From: Dubosiella newyorkensis
GTDB taxonomy: Bacteria; Bacillota_I; Bacilli_A; Erysipelotrichales; Erysipelotrichaceae
Length of the DNA stretch: 32,000 nt
Reading direction: 5' to 3'
Assembly: GCF_001945605.1 (NCBI RefSeq)
Contig: NZ_MPKA01000067.1
Location: 60,001 to 92,000 of the forward strand
Shown here: positions 24,231 to 32,000 of the stretch, in pieces
Layout of the letters: each line of letters starts with the position of its first letter
Numbering within the stretch: the first letter of the stretch is position 1
Position numbers and translations under genes: made by a program
The notes under the pieces: generated by a model
The model's input: the letters and a program-made list of their open reading frames with translations, nothing else
Databases searched by the model: none
What the model was told of the DNA's origin: nothing

Positions 24231-25472
24231 CTATTTTTTTGATTTGCCTTCTACTGTTGTTGAATCCATTGTTTCTGGTTTTGGCGCTTTTAGCTCTTCT
24301 TTTTTGATCTTGACTTGAAGCTCGGCTAATACCGATTTCGCAAAATCTCTTCCGCCAACTCCAAAAGCGATCGCGAAAGCGACAGCCAAAGCGGCGACGA
24401 TCAAGATGAACGTGCTATCCACTAATGTGCGAGCGATACCTAATTGGTTGAGGATCATGAATCCACCAATGACATAGATCAAATACTTGAACATCGAACC
24501 AACCGCTGGATGGCCATTCTTTTTGAATACATTCGAGACGATGCTGCCAATCAAAACGCAGATCGCAAAAATGATAAAAGCCGCCAACGCATAAGGCATG
24601 TAAGCGATGATCGAAGTTCCGATGCTTGTCAACACGCCAAGATGCAACGTCGCGAAACTTTCAACAATGAAGAAGATCACCAAAATAACTTCGACCGTTT
24701 TTCCTGTCACATTCGATAAAGAGAATGTTGGATTTTTCGTTCCTGTCAATTCAGCCAGTTTCGCGTCAAGTCCAGAGGACTCGATCAAACGCGTGATGAT
24801 ATTGCCAATAAATTTCGCTAAGATCCATCCGATCACGATAATGATCAAGGCTGCCAAAATACTTGGAATATAGTTGAATACAGTCGAAAGCATAGCGATC
24901 GCTGGATCCGAAATGGCGCGGATGTTCAATACCGATAAAGCGGAAATGATCACTGGGATCAAGATCAAAACGTAAACGATATACGCAAGCGTATTGGAAA
25001 GTTCTCCTTGCTCGTTGACTTGGATACCCGCGATCTTTTGAAGCCGATTGACTTCGAGCTTGTTCAAGATCGGCACGAGCAGTTCACGAACGAGCTTGGC
25101 AATATAGAATCCGATCCAAAGGATGATGATCGCAAACAAGATGTTTGGAACATAACCCCATACGGTATTCAGCAACGCTAAGATCGGCGCTGTCACTTGT
25201 GTCATGCCTAAGATCTCGAAGATGCCTGGCACGAACAATAAAAAGACGATCAATTGTACGAGTTTGCCGATGAGCTCAATTGTTTTCATGCCTGTATTTT
25301 CTTGGCCATTTTTATCTGTACGTTTTAAGTCAGCAAGCTTCGTATGTTTCAATAGCTTTTCGATGAGCGATTTCGCGATGGCTGCCACCACAAAAGCTAA
25401 GATCAGGACAAGAATCGCTTTGAGCGCCGTCCCGAATCCAGAATTAAAAAATTCATAAAATTTTTCTGTCAT
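24231..25472 (-). CDS. Integral membrane protein built from conserved TM-helix repeats (MscS N-terminal-like), function unknown
   Basis: 413 aa with at least four related helix units: YVPNILFAIIILWIGFYIAKLV, YIPSILAALIIIVIGWILAKFI, YMPYALAAFIIFAICVLIGSIV and ALKAILVLILAFVVAAIAKSLI. No recognisable MscS beta-domain. Confidence 0.5.
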   Translation of the reverse strand: MTEKFYEFFNSGFGTALKAILVLILAFVVAAIAKSLIEKLLKHTKLADLKRTDKNGQENTGMKTIELIGKLVQLIVFLLFVPGIFEILGMTQVTAPILALLNTVWGYVPNILFAIIILWIGFYIAKLVRELLVPILNKLEVNRLQKIAGIQVNEQGELSNTLAYIVYVLILIPVIISALSVLNIRAISDPAIAMLSTVFNYIPSILAALIIIVIGWILAKFIGNIITRLIESSGLDAKLAELTGTKNPTFSLSNVTGKTVEVILVIFFIVESFATLHLGVLTSIGTSIIAYMPYALAAFIIFAICVLIGSIVSNVFKKNGHPAVGSMFKYLIYVIGGFMILNQLGIARTLVDSTFILIVAALAVAFAIAFGVGGRDFAKSVLAELQVKIKKEELKAPKPETMDSTTVEGKSKK

Positions 25473-25506
25473 ACTATAACCTCTGCTTCTTTGATTAGAA
25501 GCTTCT

Positions 25507-25520
25507 CTACCTTAAGGTAG
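25507..25520. repeat. Perfect 14-bp palindrome CTACCTTAAGGTAG in the 5' region of the TM-helix-repeat gene
   Basis: Read directly from the sequence. It lies 35 nt upstream of the ATG at 25472. Confidence 0.7.
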
Positions 25521-25569
25521 TTTTACAGTATCATAGCTCTATTAAAAAATCTCATTGTATGCCTCACGC

Positions 25570-25608
25570 AAAAAAGAGCGATTCCCTTATGAAAAGGAGA
25601 TCGCTCTT
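25570..25608 (-). terminator. Terminator of the darA-purD-fhs unit
   Basis: AAGAGCGAT / ATCGCTCTT 9-bp stem followed by T6 on the minus strand, just after the fhs stop codon. Confidence 0.8.
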
Positions 25609-25614
25609 TACGCA

Positions 25615-27285
25615 TCAGAATAATCCCGTGATCTTTCCGTTCGCGTCAATATCCATATCTAAAGCGCTTGGATGTTTAGGAAGACCTGGCATCGTCAGCA
25701 CTTTTCCTGTCAGCGCCACGATAAATCCAGCCCCTAAAGAAGGACGAAGCTCTCGGACCGTAATCGTAAAATCCGTCGGCCGACCCATCACTTTGCCATC
25801 ATCGCTCAACGACATTTGCGTCTTGGCCATACAGATCGGCAAATCGTTCCAGCCTAGCTCATTGAAGCGTTCGATCTGCTCTTTCGCTTCTGGCGTGAAT
25901 TCCACGCCTTTAGCGCCATACACTTTTCGAGCGATCGACTCGATCTTCGATTCGATCGAATCGTTCACATCATACAATGGCGCAAAATCGTTTTCCTGCT
26001 CGCAAAGCTGCACGACTTGATTCGCTAGATCGATCGCGCCTTCTCCACCTTTCGCCCACACTTGCGAAAGAGCCATCGGATGTCCATTGGCTTGGCACCA
26101 TTCCTGCAGCGCTTTGACTTCTTCTGGCGTGTCGCTGACAAACTCGTTGATCGCCACGATATATGGAAGGCCAAATTGCTGGATCGTATCGATATGCTTC
26201 GCTAAGTTTTCGCAGCCTTTGAGCATCGCTTCCACATTTTCCTCTTTCAGATCTTCATAAGCGACACCGCCATGTTGTTTGAGGGCACGGATCGTCGCCA
26301 CGATCACGACCGCGTTAGGATGCAGATCGGCCAGCCGGCATTTGATATCCAAAAATTTTTCAGCCCCTAGATCCGCTCCAAATCCCGCTTCGGTCACTAC
26401 ATAATCGGCTAAGCGAAGCGCCGTCTTGGTCGCGATCACCGAATTGCATCCGTGCGCGATATTGGCAAACGGTCCGCCATGGATCAAGACCGGATTGTGT
26501 TCGAGCGTCTGAACGAGATTTGGCAAGATCGCATCTTTCATCACCATCGCCATCGCTCCTTCGATGCCTAGATCTCTGACAAAGACAGGTTTTTGATCGT
26601 ACGTGTAGGCGACAAGGATCTTTCCAAAACGTTCTTTCAGATCCATCAAGTCGCTAGCCAAGCATAAAGAAGCCATGATCTCGCTAGCCACCGTGATATT
26701 GAAACCATCTTCTCGTTTGACGCCATTGACTTTCGCGCCAAGCCCGATGTCGATTTGACGGAGCTCGCGCTCGTTCATATCCAAGCAGCGCTTGAAGGTG
26801 ATCGAGGCAGGATCGATATTCAAAGCGTTCCCTTGATAAATATGGTTGTCGAGGATCGCGCTCACTAAGTTGTTGCACGTCGTAATGGCATGCATATCCC
26901 CTGTAAAATGCAAGTTGATGTCTTCCATTGGCACGACTTGAGCATAGCCGCCTCCTGCAGCGCCTCCCTTTAAGCCAAAGACAGGTCCTAAAGAAGGTTC
27001 GCGCAAAGCCATCATCGTCTTTTTGCCAATGCGGTTCAAGGCGTCTCCAAGCCCTACTGTGGTCGTCGATTTTCCTTCGCCCGCTTTTGTCGGATTGATC
27101 GCTGTGACCAGGATCAATTTCCCTTCTTTATTTTTTTCCAGCTCCTTGATCAAATCAAAGGCGAGCTTCGCCTTGTACTTTCCATAATGCTCGAGGGCAT
27201 CATTAGGAATATCGACTTTTGCGGCGACAGTCTCGATCGGTTCAAGCACGCATTCTTGCGCGATCTCTAAATCAGTTTTAGCCAT
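25615..27285 (-). CDS. fhs: Formate--tetrahydrofolate ligase
   Basis: N-terminus [10 protein letters not shown] and P-loop-like [16 protein letters not shown] chose the ATG at 27285, 2 nt after the purD stop with a GGAG SD. The ORF-track start at 27291 is a GTG two codons upstream. Confidence 0.9.
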   Translation of the reverse strand: MAKTDLEIAQECVLEPIETVAAKVDIPNDALEHYGKYKAKLAFDLIKELEKNKEGKLILVTAINPTKAGEGKSTTTVGLGDALNRIGKKTMMALREPSLGPVFGLKGGAAGGGYAQVVPMEDINLHFTGDMHAITTCNNLVSAILDNHIYQGNALNIDPASITFKRCLDMNERELRQIDIGLGAKVNGVKREDGFNITVASEIMASLCLASDLMDLKERFGKILVAYTYDQKPVFVRDLGIEGAMAMVMKDAILPNLVQTLEHNPVLIHGGPFANIAHGCNSVIATKTALRLADYVVTEAGFGADLGAEKFLDIKCRLADLHPNAVVIVATIRALKQHGGVAYEDLKEENVEAMLKGCENLAKHIDTIQQFGLPYIVAINEFVSDTPEEVKALQEWCQANGHPMALSQVWAKGGEGAIDLANQVVQLCEQENDFAPLYDVNDSIESKIESIARKVYGAKGVEFTPEAKEQIERFNELGWNDLPICMAKTQMSLSDDGKVMGRPTDFTITVRELRPSLGAGFIVALTGKVLTMPGLPKHPSALDMDIDANGKITGLF

Positions 27286-27287
27286 AC

Positions 27288-28523
27288 TCACTCCATATCC
27301 TTTCTTCCAATATCGTTTCGATAAAACAAATGATCGCAGTGGATCTTCTCGATCTCGCTGTATGTTTTTTGATATGCTTCTTCCAAAGTGTCTGCCAAAG
27401 AAACGAGCATGAGGACGCGTCCTCCATCTGTAAGCAGATCGCCGCTCTCTTCTTTCGTGCCCATATGATAAAGCAAGCCATCCACTTGATCATATCCTGT
27501 GATCTTGGCTCCTTTCGTGGAGGAGGCTGGATAGTTGGTGCTTGCGAGCACGACCCCATGCGCCACTTGATCGTTCCACTTCAGCTCGATCTCTTTTTGT
27601 TCCATCACATCCAATATGGCTTGGATAAAATCCGATTCTAAGCGGGAAAGGATAACTTCCGCTTCTGGGTCGCCAAATCGAGCGTTGAATTCGATGACTT
27701 TGATCCCATCGTCGGTCAGCATGAGCCCGCCATACAAAAAGCCAGTGAATGGGACCCCTTCTTGCACCATCGCTTTTGCCATTGGCCGCATGACTTTCTC
27801 CATTGTCTCTTCAATGATTTCTGGAGTGATCTTCTTGACAGGTGAATAGGAACCCATGCCCCCAGTATTTGGCCCTGTATCGTTATCGCCCACTCGTTTA
27901 TGGTCTTGGGCGACTTCAAGAGGAATGACCAGATCGCCGCACACAAGAGCGATCAAAGAATATTCAAAGCCTTCCAAATAGTCTTCGATTACCACTTTGT
28001 TTTCAGGGATCGAAAAGGCGATCTGGAGCGCTTGGTCGGCTTCTTCGATCGTATTGGCGATCGTGACCCCTTTTCCGGCCTTCAGACCATTTTCCTTGAT
28101 CACGATCGGCACGCCTTTTTGATGAACATAAGCGAGCGCTTGCTCATACGTATCGAACGTTTGATAGTCGGCTGTCGGGATCCCGTACTTTTTCATGATT
28201 GTCTTCGCGAAATCTTTGCTGGATTCCACTTGGGCGGCCGCCTGACTTGGCGCGAAGATCTTCAATCCTTCTTTAAAGAAGGCATCTTGGATGCCTAAAG
28301 CTAAAGCGGATTCTGGTCCGACAATCGTAAGATCGATATCGTTTTCTTTCGCGAAAGCGACAAGCTCATCGATCTTGTCGTCTTGGATCGGCACACACTC
28401 GCCCAATTCACGCATTCCAGGATTTCCTGGAGCCATATATAATGTATCGCACAAAGAAGAGCGGCTAGCCGCCAACGCAAGAGCGTGCTCTCTTCCTCCC
28501 TTTCCTACAACGAGAATCTTCAT
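27288..28523 (-). CDS. purD: Phosphoribosylamine--glycine ligase
   Basis: 411 aa. [17 protein letters not shown]-terminus and ATP-grasp core. Confidence 0.9.
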   Translation of the reverse strand: MKILVVGKGGREHALALAASRSSLCDTLYMAPGNPGMRELGECVPIQDDKIDELVAFAKENDIDLTIVGPESALALGIQDAFFKEGLKIFAPSQAAAQVESSKDFAKTIMKKYGIPTADYQTFDTYEQALAYVHQKGVPIVIKENGLKAGKGVTIANTIEEADQALQIAFSIPENKVVIEDYLEGFEYSLIALVCGDLVIPLEVAQDHKRVGDNDTGPNTGGMGSYSPVKKITPEIIEETMEKVMRPMAKAMVQEGVPFTGFLYGGLMLTDDGIKVIEFNARFGDPEAEVILSRLESDFIQAILDVMEQKEIELKWNDQVAHGVVLASTNYPASSTKGAKITGYDQVDGLLYHMGTKEESGDLLTDGGRVLMLVSLADTLEEAYQKTYSEIEKIHCDHLFYRNDIGRKDME

Positions 28524-28539
28524 CTTTCTATATCCTTTC

Positions 28540-28863
28540 TCAAATTTTTAAAAATTGTTCCACATCGAGCACGAAGATCGTCGCGCCTCCTACTTGCACT
28601 TCGATCGGAAAAGACATATAGCGTCCCATATCATAACCTGCCGAGCTTGGAATGAGTTCCGAACGTTTACGCGAGCTTTCCTTGATCAATTCGATCGCTT
28701 CCTGCACGTCCTCGTCTTCGCAGCCGATCATCAGTGTTGTGTTGCCTGCCCGTAAAAAGCCGCCTGTCGTGTTCAGCTTTGTGACTTGAAATTTCTTTTC
28801 GGTTAGGGCTCTAGATGCGGTGGAGCTGTCTTCATTGGATAAAATTGCTAAGATCAGTTTCAT
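28540..28863 (-). CDS. darA: Cyclic-di-AMP receptor, PII-like (DarA/PstA, YaaQ family)
   Basis: 107 aa. MKLILAILSNEDS...ATKLNTTGGFLRAGNTTLMIG...GGATIFV matches the YaaQ/DarA pattern. Confidence 0.8.
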   Translation of the reverse strand: MKLILAILSNEDSSTASRALTEKKFQVTKLNTTGGFLRAGNTTLMIGCEDEDVQEAIELIKESSRKRSELIPSSAGYDMGRYMSFPIEVQVGGATIFVLDVEQFLKI

Positions 28864-28933
28864 ATCGAGCCTCCTTTCTATGTTTTCTTGATGATTTTTT
28901 ACTTTTTTAAGTTTGGAATCTTCTCCCTTTCCA

Positions 28934-28942
28934 ATTATAACA
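28934..28942 (-). promoter_or_regulatory. Extended -10 promoter element for darA-purD-fhs
   Basis: Minus strand TGTTATAAT (TGnTATAAT), about 70 nt upstream of the darA ATG. Confidence 0.5.
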
Positions 28943-29041
28943 AAACCTTTTGTTTTTTTTCTTATTTTTTTATAGGAGCCAGTTCATTCTTTTTGTCGAT
29001 TCGTTATATAATAAAAAGGAAGCGATAGAGAGGAAGCAAAA

Positions 29042-30448
29042 ATGGCAAAAAGAAAAAGAAGAAGGTTTCATTTAGGTCGTTTGCTCGCTGTTTTGCTCGT
29101 TCCGCTCGTCCTAATCGCAGCGATTTATTTTGTCTATTTGAAGCTCAATCCACTGCAGCTCAAAGCTCGAGATATCGTAGTGGAATACAAAGAAAAGTTT
29201 GATCCAAAAGACAACATCAAACGGGTATTTGGCGGATCGAAAGATGATGTAAAAATCGAGGGGACGATCGATACGAACGCAAAAGGCGAATACCCGATCA
29301 CCTATACTTACGGCAACGAAAAGATCAACGCGATCGTGAATGTCAAAGACCAAAAACCGCCTGTACTGACTTTGCAGGAAGCCAAAGTTGATATGAAGGA
29401 TAAAGGGGATCCTAAATTGATCATCAAAGAGGTCAAAGACGCCAGCGAAGTCACATTTGATTTTAAATACGATAAAAAAACATTTGATGAGCGTGGCAAA
29501 CACAAGATCGAAGTCACGGCAACCGATGAAGATGGAAACACGACCACAGAAACAGGAACTTTGATCCGGGAAGAGGATTCGAAAGCGCCAACTTTAGTCG
29601 ATCCGGATCAAAAGATCACGATCAAGCAAGGTGAAGAGCTCGATCTTTCCGCGATCAAAGTCAAAGACGATTTCGATCCAGAACCGACTGTGACGATGGA
29701 TGAAGAATTCGATTCAGAAGAAGCGGGAAAACAGACGATCACGATCAAAGTCTCCGATCGTTCCGGCAATGAAAAAGAATACGAACAGATCGTCAATGTG
29801 AAGGAAGATCCAGCCTATGGCAAAAAAGTCGTCTATTTGACTTTTGATGATGGTCCAAGCGAAAACACCGCCAAGATCTTAGATATTTTAGACAAATACA
29901 ACGCGAAAGCGACGTTCTTCGTGACCGGAAACCACCCAGAATACAATAAATATATGAAACGGGCCGCTAAAGAAGGCCATACGATCGGCCTCCACACGTA
30001 TACACATAACTATTCCCAACTGTACAGCAGCGAGGAAGCGTATTTCGATGACTTGCAGCAGATCTCGGATATGGTCGAAGATGTGACGGGCAAAAAATCA
30101 AAAGTGATCCGTTTTCCGGGAGGTTCGAGCAATATGATCTCGGCCAATTATGTCGATGGTCTCATGACTACGCTTACCCAGAAAGTCCAAGAACAAGGCT
30201 ATCAATATTTCGATTGGAACGTCGATTCGACCGACGCGAGCGGCAACCGGGTCCCTGTTTCGCAGCTTGTCGAAAACGCCACCGCGAGCGATGATCAATA
30301 CATCAACATTTTGATGCACGATACAGATGCCAAAGACACGACCGTCGAAGCGCTGCCGGAAATCATTAAATATTATAAAGACAAAGGCTATGTGTTCTTG
30401 GGGCTGGATACGGATTCGTACGCGCCTCATCACAATGTCGTCAACTAA
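29042..30448 (+). CDS. Membrane-anchored polysaccharide/peptidoglycan deacetylase (NodB domain) with Ig-like repeats
   Basis: 468 aa. Basic N-terminus plus one TM helix, then repeated beta-rich modules (KGEYPITYTY..., GKHKIEVTATDEDGN, GKQTITIKVSDRSGN). The C-terminal NodB motifs are LTFDDGP and HTIGLHTYTH. Confidence 0.8.
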   Translation: MAKRKRRRFHLGRLLAVLLVPLVLIAAIYFVYLKLNPLQLKARDIVVEYKEKFDPKDNIKRVFGGSKDDVKIEGTIDTNAKGEYPITYTYGNEKINAIVNVKDQKPPVLTLQEAKVDMKDKGDPKLIIKEVKDASEVTFDFKYDKKTFDERGKHKIEVTATDEDGNTTTETGTLIREEDSKAPTLVDPDQKITIKQGEELDLSAIKVKDDFDPEPTVTMDEEFDSEEAGKQTITIKVSDRSGNEKEYEQIVNVKEDPAYGKKVVYLTFDDGPSENTAKILDILDKYNAKATFFVTGNHPEYNKYMKRAAKEGHTIGLHTYTHNYSQLYSSEEAYFDDLQQISDMVEDVTGKKSKVIRFPGGSSNMISANYVDGLMTTLTQKVQEQGYQYFDWNVDSTDASGNRVPVSQLVENATASDDQYINILMHDTDAKDTTVEALPEIIKYYKDKGYVFLGLDTDSYAPHHNVVN

Positions 30449-30470
30449 AGAGCGGAAACGCTCTTTTCTA
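30447..30470 (+). terminator. Intercistronic hairpin (weak or partial terminator) between the deacetylase and GNAT genes
   Basis: AAAGAGCG-GAAA-CGCTCTTT: 8-bp stem with a GNRA-type tetraloop. The U-tract beyond the stem is short. Confidence 0.45.
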
Positions 30471-30484
30471 GAAAGAGGAGAAAG

Positions 30485-31003
30485 ATGGAAATCGAACTTA
30501 AAAAATGGAGTTTCGAGGATGAAGAAGCTCTTACCAAACTATGCAACGCGATCGATCGAAGCTACTTATCCGATCGTCTTCCAAATCCCTATACGAAAAG
30601 CGCAGCCCAGTGGTGGCTCAATATGATCCAGGAAAACGAGAATAAAAACGGCGTGTTTCGAAAGATCGTCGCTCAAGGCAAGATCGTTGGCACGATCTCG
30701 GTCGAAAAAAAAGATGATGTTAACCGGAAAGACGCGGAAATTGGATACTATGTGCTACCCGAAGAATACGGGAAAGGCATTATGAGCGAAGCCGTTAAGA
30801 AAATTTGCGAACTCGCTTTTCAAGAGCTCGACATCATTCGAATCACTGGATCGGTTTTCGAACCGAATATCGCCTCGAGAAGAGTGCTTGAAAAAAATGG
30901 TTTCTTGCTTGAAGGCGTTTTAAAAAGCGCGGTATTCAAAAACGATACGATCTATGATCTTTGCCTTTATGGAAAAGTTAAAGAAGATAAAAAAACTGGC
31001 TGA
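30485..31003 (+). CDS. GNAT-family N-acetyltransferase (RimJ/RimL-like)
   Basis: 172 aa. Acetyl-CoA binding-type segment YGKGIMSEAVKKICELAF and C-terminal NIASRRVLEKNGF. SD AAGAGGAGAAAG. Confidence 0.75.
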   Translation: MEIELKKWSFEDEEALTKLCNAIDRSYLSDRLPNPYTKSAAQWWLNMIQENENKNGVFRKIVAQGKIVGTISVEKKDDVNRKDAEIGYYVLPEEYGKGIMSEAVKKICELAFQELDIIRITGSVFEPNIASRRVLEKNGFLLEGVLKSAVFKNDTIYDLCLYGKVKEDKKTG

Positions 31004-31025
31004 AATTTTTTTCAGCCAGTTTTTC
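30991..31025. terminator. Bidirectional terminator between the convergent GNAT and HAD genes
   Basis: AAAACTGGCTGAA / TTCAGCCAGTTTT 13-bp stem with A and T runs on both sides. The GNAT stop codon is inside the stem. Confidence 0.85.
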
Positions 31026-31027
31026 AT

Positions 31028-31870
31028 TCAATCGATCAGCTTCAAATATTTGAACGCGTTGTAGAGGCCATCCTCGTTCACATCGTCTGTGATATAATCA
31101 GCCGCTGCCTTGATGCCTTCTCCTCCATTGCCCATCGCCACATTGTAGTGACAAAGCTCGAACATCGAAAGATCGATATTCGCGTCCCCAAAAGAAATTG
31201 TATCGGCTTGATCGGCCTTCAAATGATCGAGAAGCACTTCGATCGCATGCTTTTTCGTGATCCCTGTCGGCCCTAGATCGCCAAAGAGCGCCTGCTCGCC
31301 TTTGCCGCCCCAAGTATTGGCGACCAACTCAGGAAACGCCTCCTTGGAGTCAAGATGATCTTGATACGAAGAAAGAATAAAGCTGATCTTGTTCACATCT
31401 TCGCGGTAAAGATCTTCGTTTTCCAAGAAGATGAATCCATTCACGAAAGAGTTGGCGCTCGCCTTGGCGCTTGCTTCATCCGCTCCTTTCCCGGTCGCAT
31501 ATTTCTGCATCACGATCGGGCCTTGCTCTTTCATATATTCGTTGGCGTACATGCCTGAATTGGCTTCCAAATAAAAGCCGAGTTTTCTTTCGTTGCACCA
31601 GTCAACGATCTTTTGAACCTCTTCTTTGCTCAATCCTTGATGCATCACGACCTGACCCGCATCTTCCACATAGGCGCCATTCCCGCCGATCATTCCATCT
31701 AGTTCTGGCAAATCGCGCTGTTCGATCTCCGCCTTCGAGCATCCCGTGCAAATATAGACTTTATGCCCGTTTTTGCGCGCTTGATCCACCGCTTTTTTCG
31801 CGGAGGCGGGCGTTTTCGCTTCATAATCGATCAATGTGCCATCGACATCCAAAAATACGATCTTACTCAT
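31028..31870 (-). CDS. HAD-superfamily hydrolase, Cof/HAD-IIB type
   Basis: I chose start MSKIVFLDVDGTLIDY (ATG 31870) after the GAAGGAGGAACAGGA SD. HAD motif I is DVDGT and the C-terminal motif is GDANIDLSMF. Confidence 0.8.
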   Translation of the reverse strand: MSKIVFLDVDGTLIDYEAKTPASAKKAVDQARKNGHKVYICTGCSKAEIEQRDLPELDGMIGGNGAYVEDAGQVVMHQGLSKEEVQKIVDWCNERKLGFYLEANSGMYANEYMKEQGPIVMQKYATGKGADEASAKASANSFVNGFIFLENEDLYREDVNKISFILSSYQDHLDSKEAFPELVANTWGGKGEQALFGDLGPTGITKKHAIEVLLDHLKADQADTISFGDANIDLSMFELCHYNVAMGNGGEGIKAAADYITDDVNEDGLYNAFKYLKLID

Positions 31871-31940
31871 TCCTGTTCCTCCTTCTTTCTTTTTTTCATT
31901 ATACCAAATCAAAAAAAGCGAATATATGGAACGCTGTTAC

Positions 31941-31965
31941 AAAAAAAAGACCCGTTCTCCGGGTC
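31941..31965 (-). terminator. Terminator of a minus-strand gene lying beyond the right edge
   Basis: GACCCG-GAGAA-CGGGTC hairpin followed by T8 on the minus strand. Confidence 0.65.
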
Positions 31966-32000
31966 ATTCGCAAAGCGTTTTGTAGTAAGAAAGAAGCGCC

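Noticed and set aside
31028-31870. The two Cof-type HAD hydrolases at the window ends, considered as a duplicated or repeat boundary pair
   Set aside because: The two protein sequences share only the generic HAD motifs. No nucleotide-level repeat is visible, so they are unrelated family members rather than island boundaries.

Overview
This is a chromosomal window with Gram-positive anaerobe (Bacillota-like) gene content. It holds about 28 protein-coding genes, almost all on the minus strand, tightly packed with clear Shine-Dalgarno sites and many rho-independent terminators. I found no rRNA, tRNA, CRISPR array, transposase or integrase.

Gene content, left to right:
- A partial Cof-type HAD hydrolase.
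- A five-gene mannitol-family PTS operon (mtlA-mtlR-mtlF). In place of mtlD it ends in a 1-phosphofructokinase and a SorE-like zinc dehydrogenase.
- An orphan BlaI-family repressor in a low-GC patch, followed by a 355-bp AT-rich gap.
- A KdgK-like kinase.
- A discrete deoC-like aldolase / glycyl-radical enzyme / ogt transcription unit.
- A redox and detoxification neighbourhood: flavodiiron protein, marR-MATE, ALDH-nitroreductase, thioredoxin and a PNPOx-like protein.
- An M32 carboxypeptidase.
- purF, then an AI-2E transporter.
- A low-GC AlbA_2/Schlafen-like ATPase-type gene.
- A TM-helix-repeat membrane protein.
- darA-purD-fhs.
- A membrane-anchored NodB deacetylase, a GNAT acetyltransferase and a second Cof-type HAD hydrolase.

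Most interesting observations:
1. The DERA-type aldolase is translationally coupled to an eliminase-clade glycyl radical enzyme, and no activase lies within the window. This is a candidate undescribed anaerobic sugar-phosphate route.
2. The mtl operon lacks mtlD and appears rewired towards a ketose-1-phosphate.
3. A 390-bp non-coding gap carries four ATCGTGAGA half-sites, including a perfect 20-bp palindrome, plus an orphan terminator.
4. A low-GC AlbA_2 gene sits behind an array of helically phased GCGCAAA repeats.
5. GATC is strongly over-represented in the native genes and much rarer in the low-GC gene I counted.

All functional calls come from reading motifs in the translated ORFs. No database search was possible.
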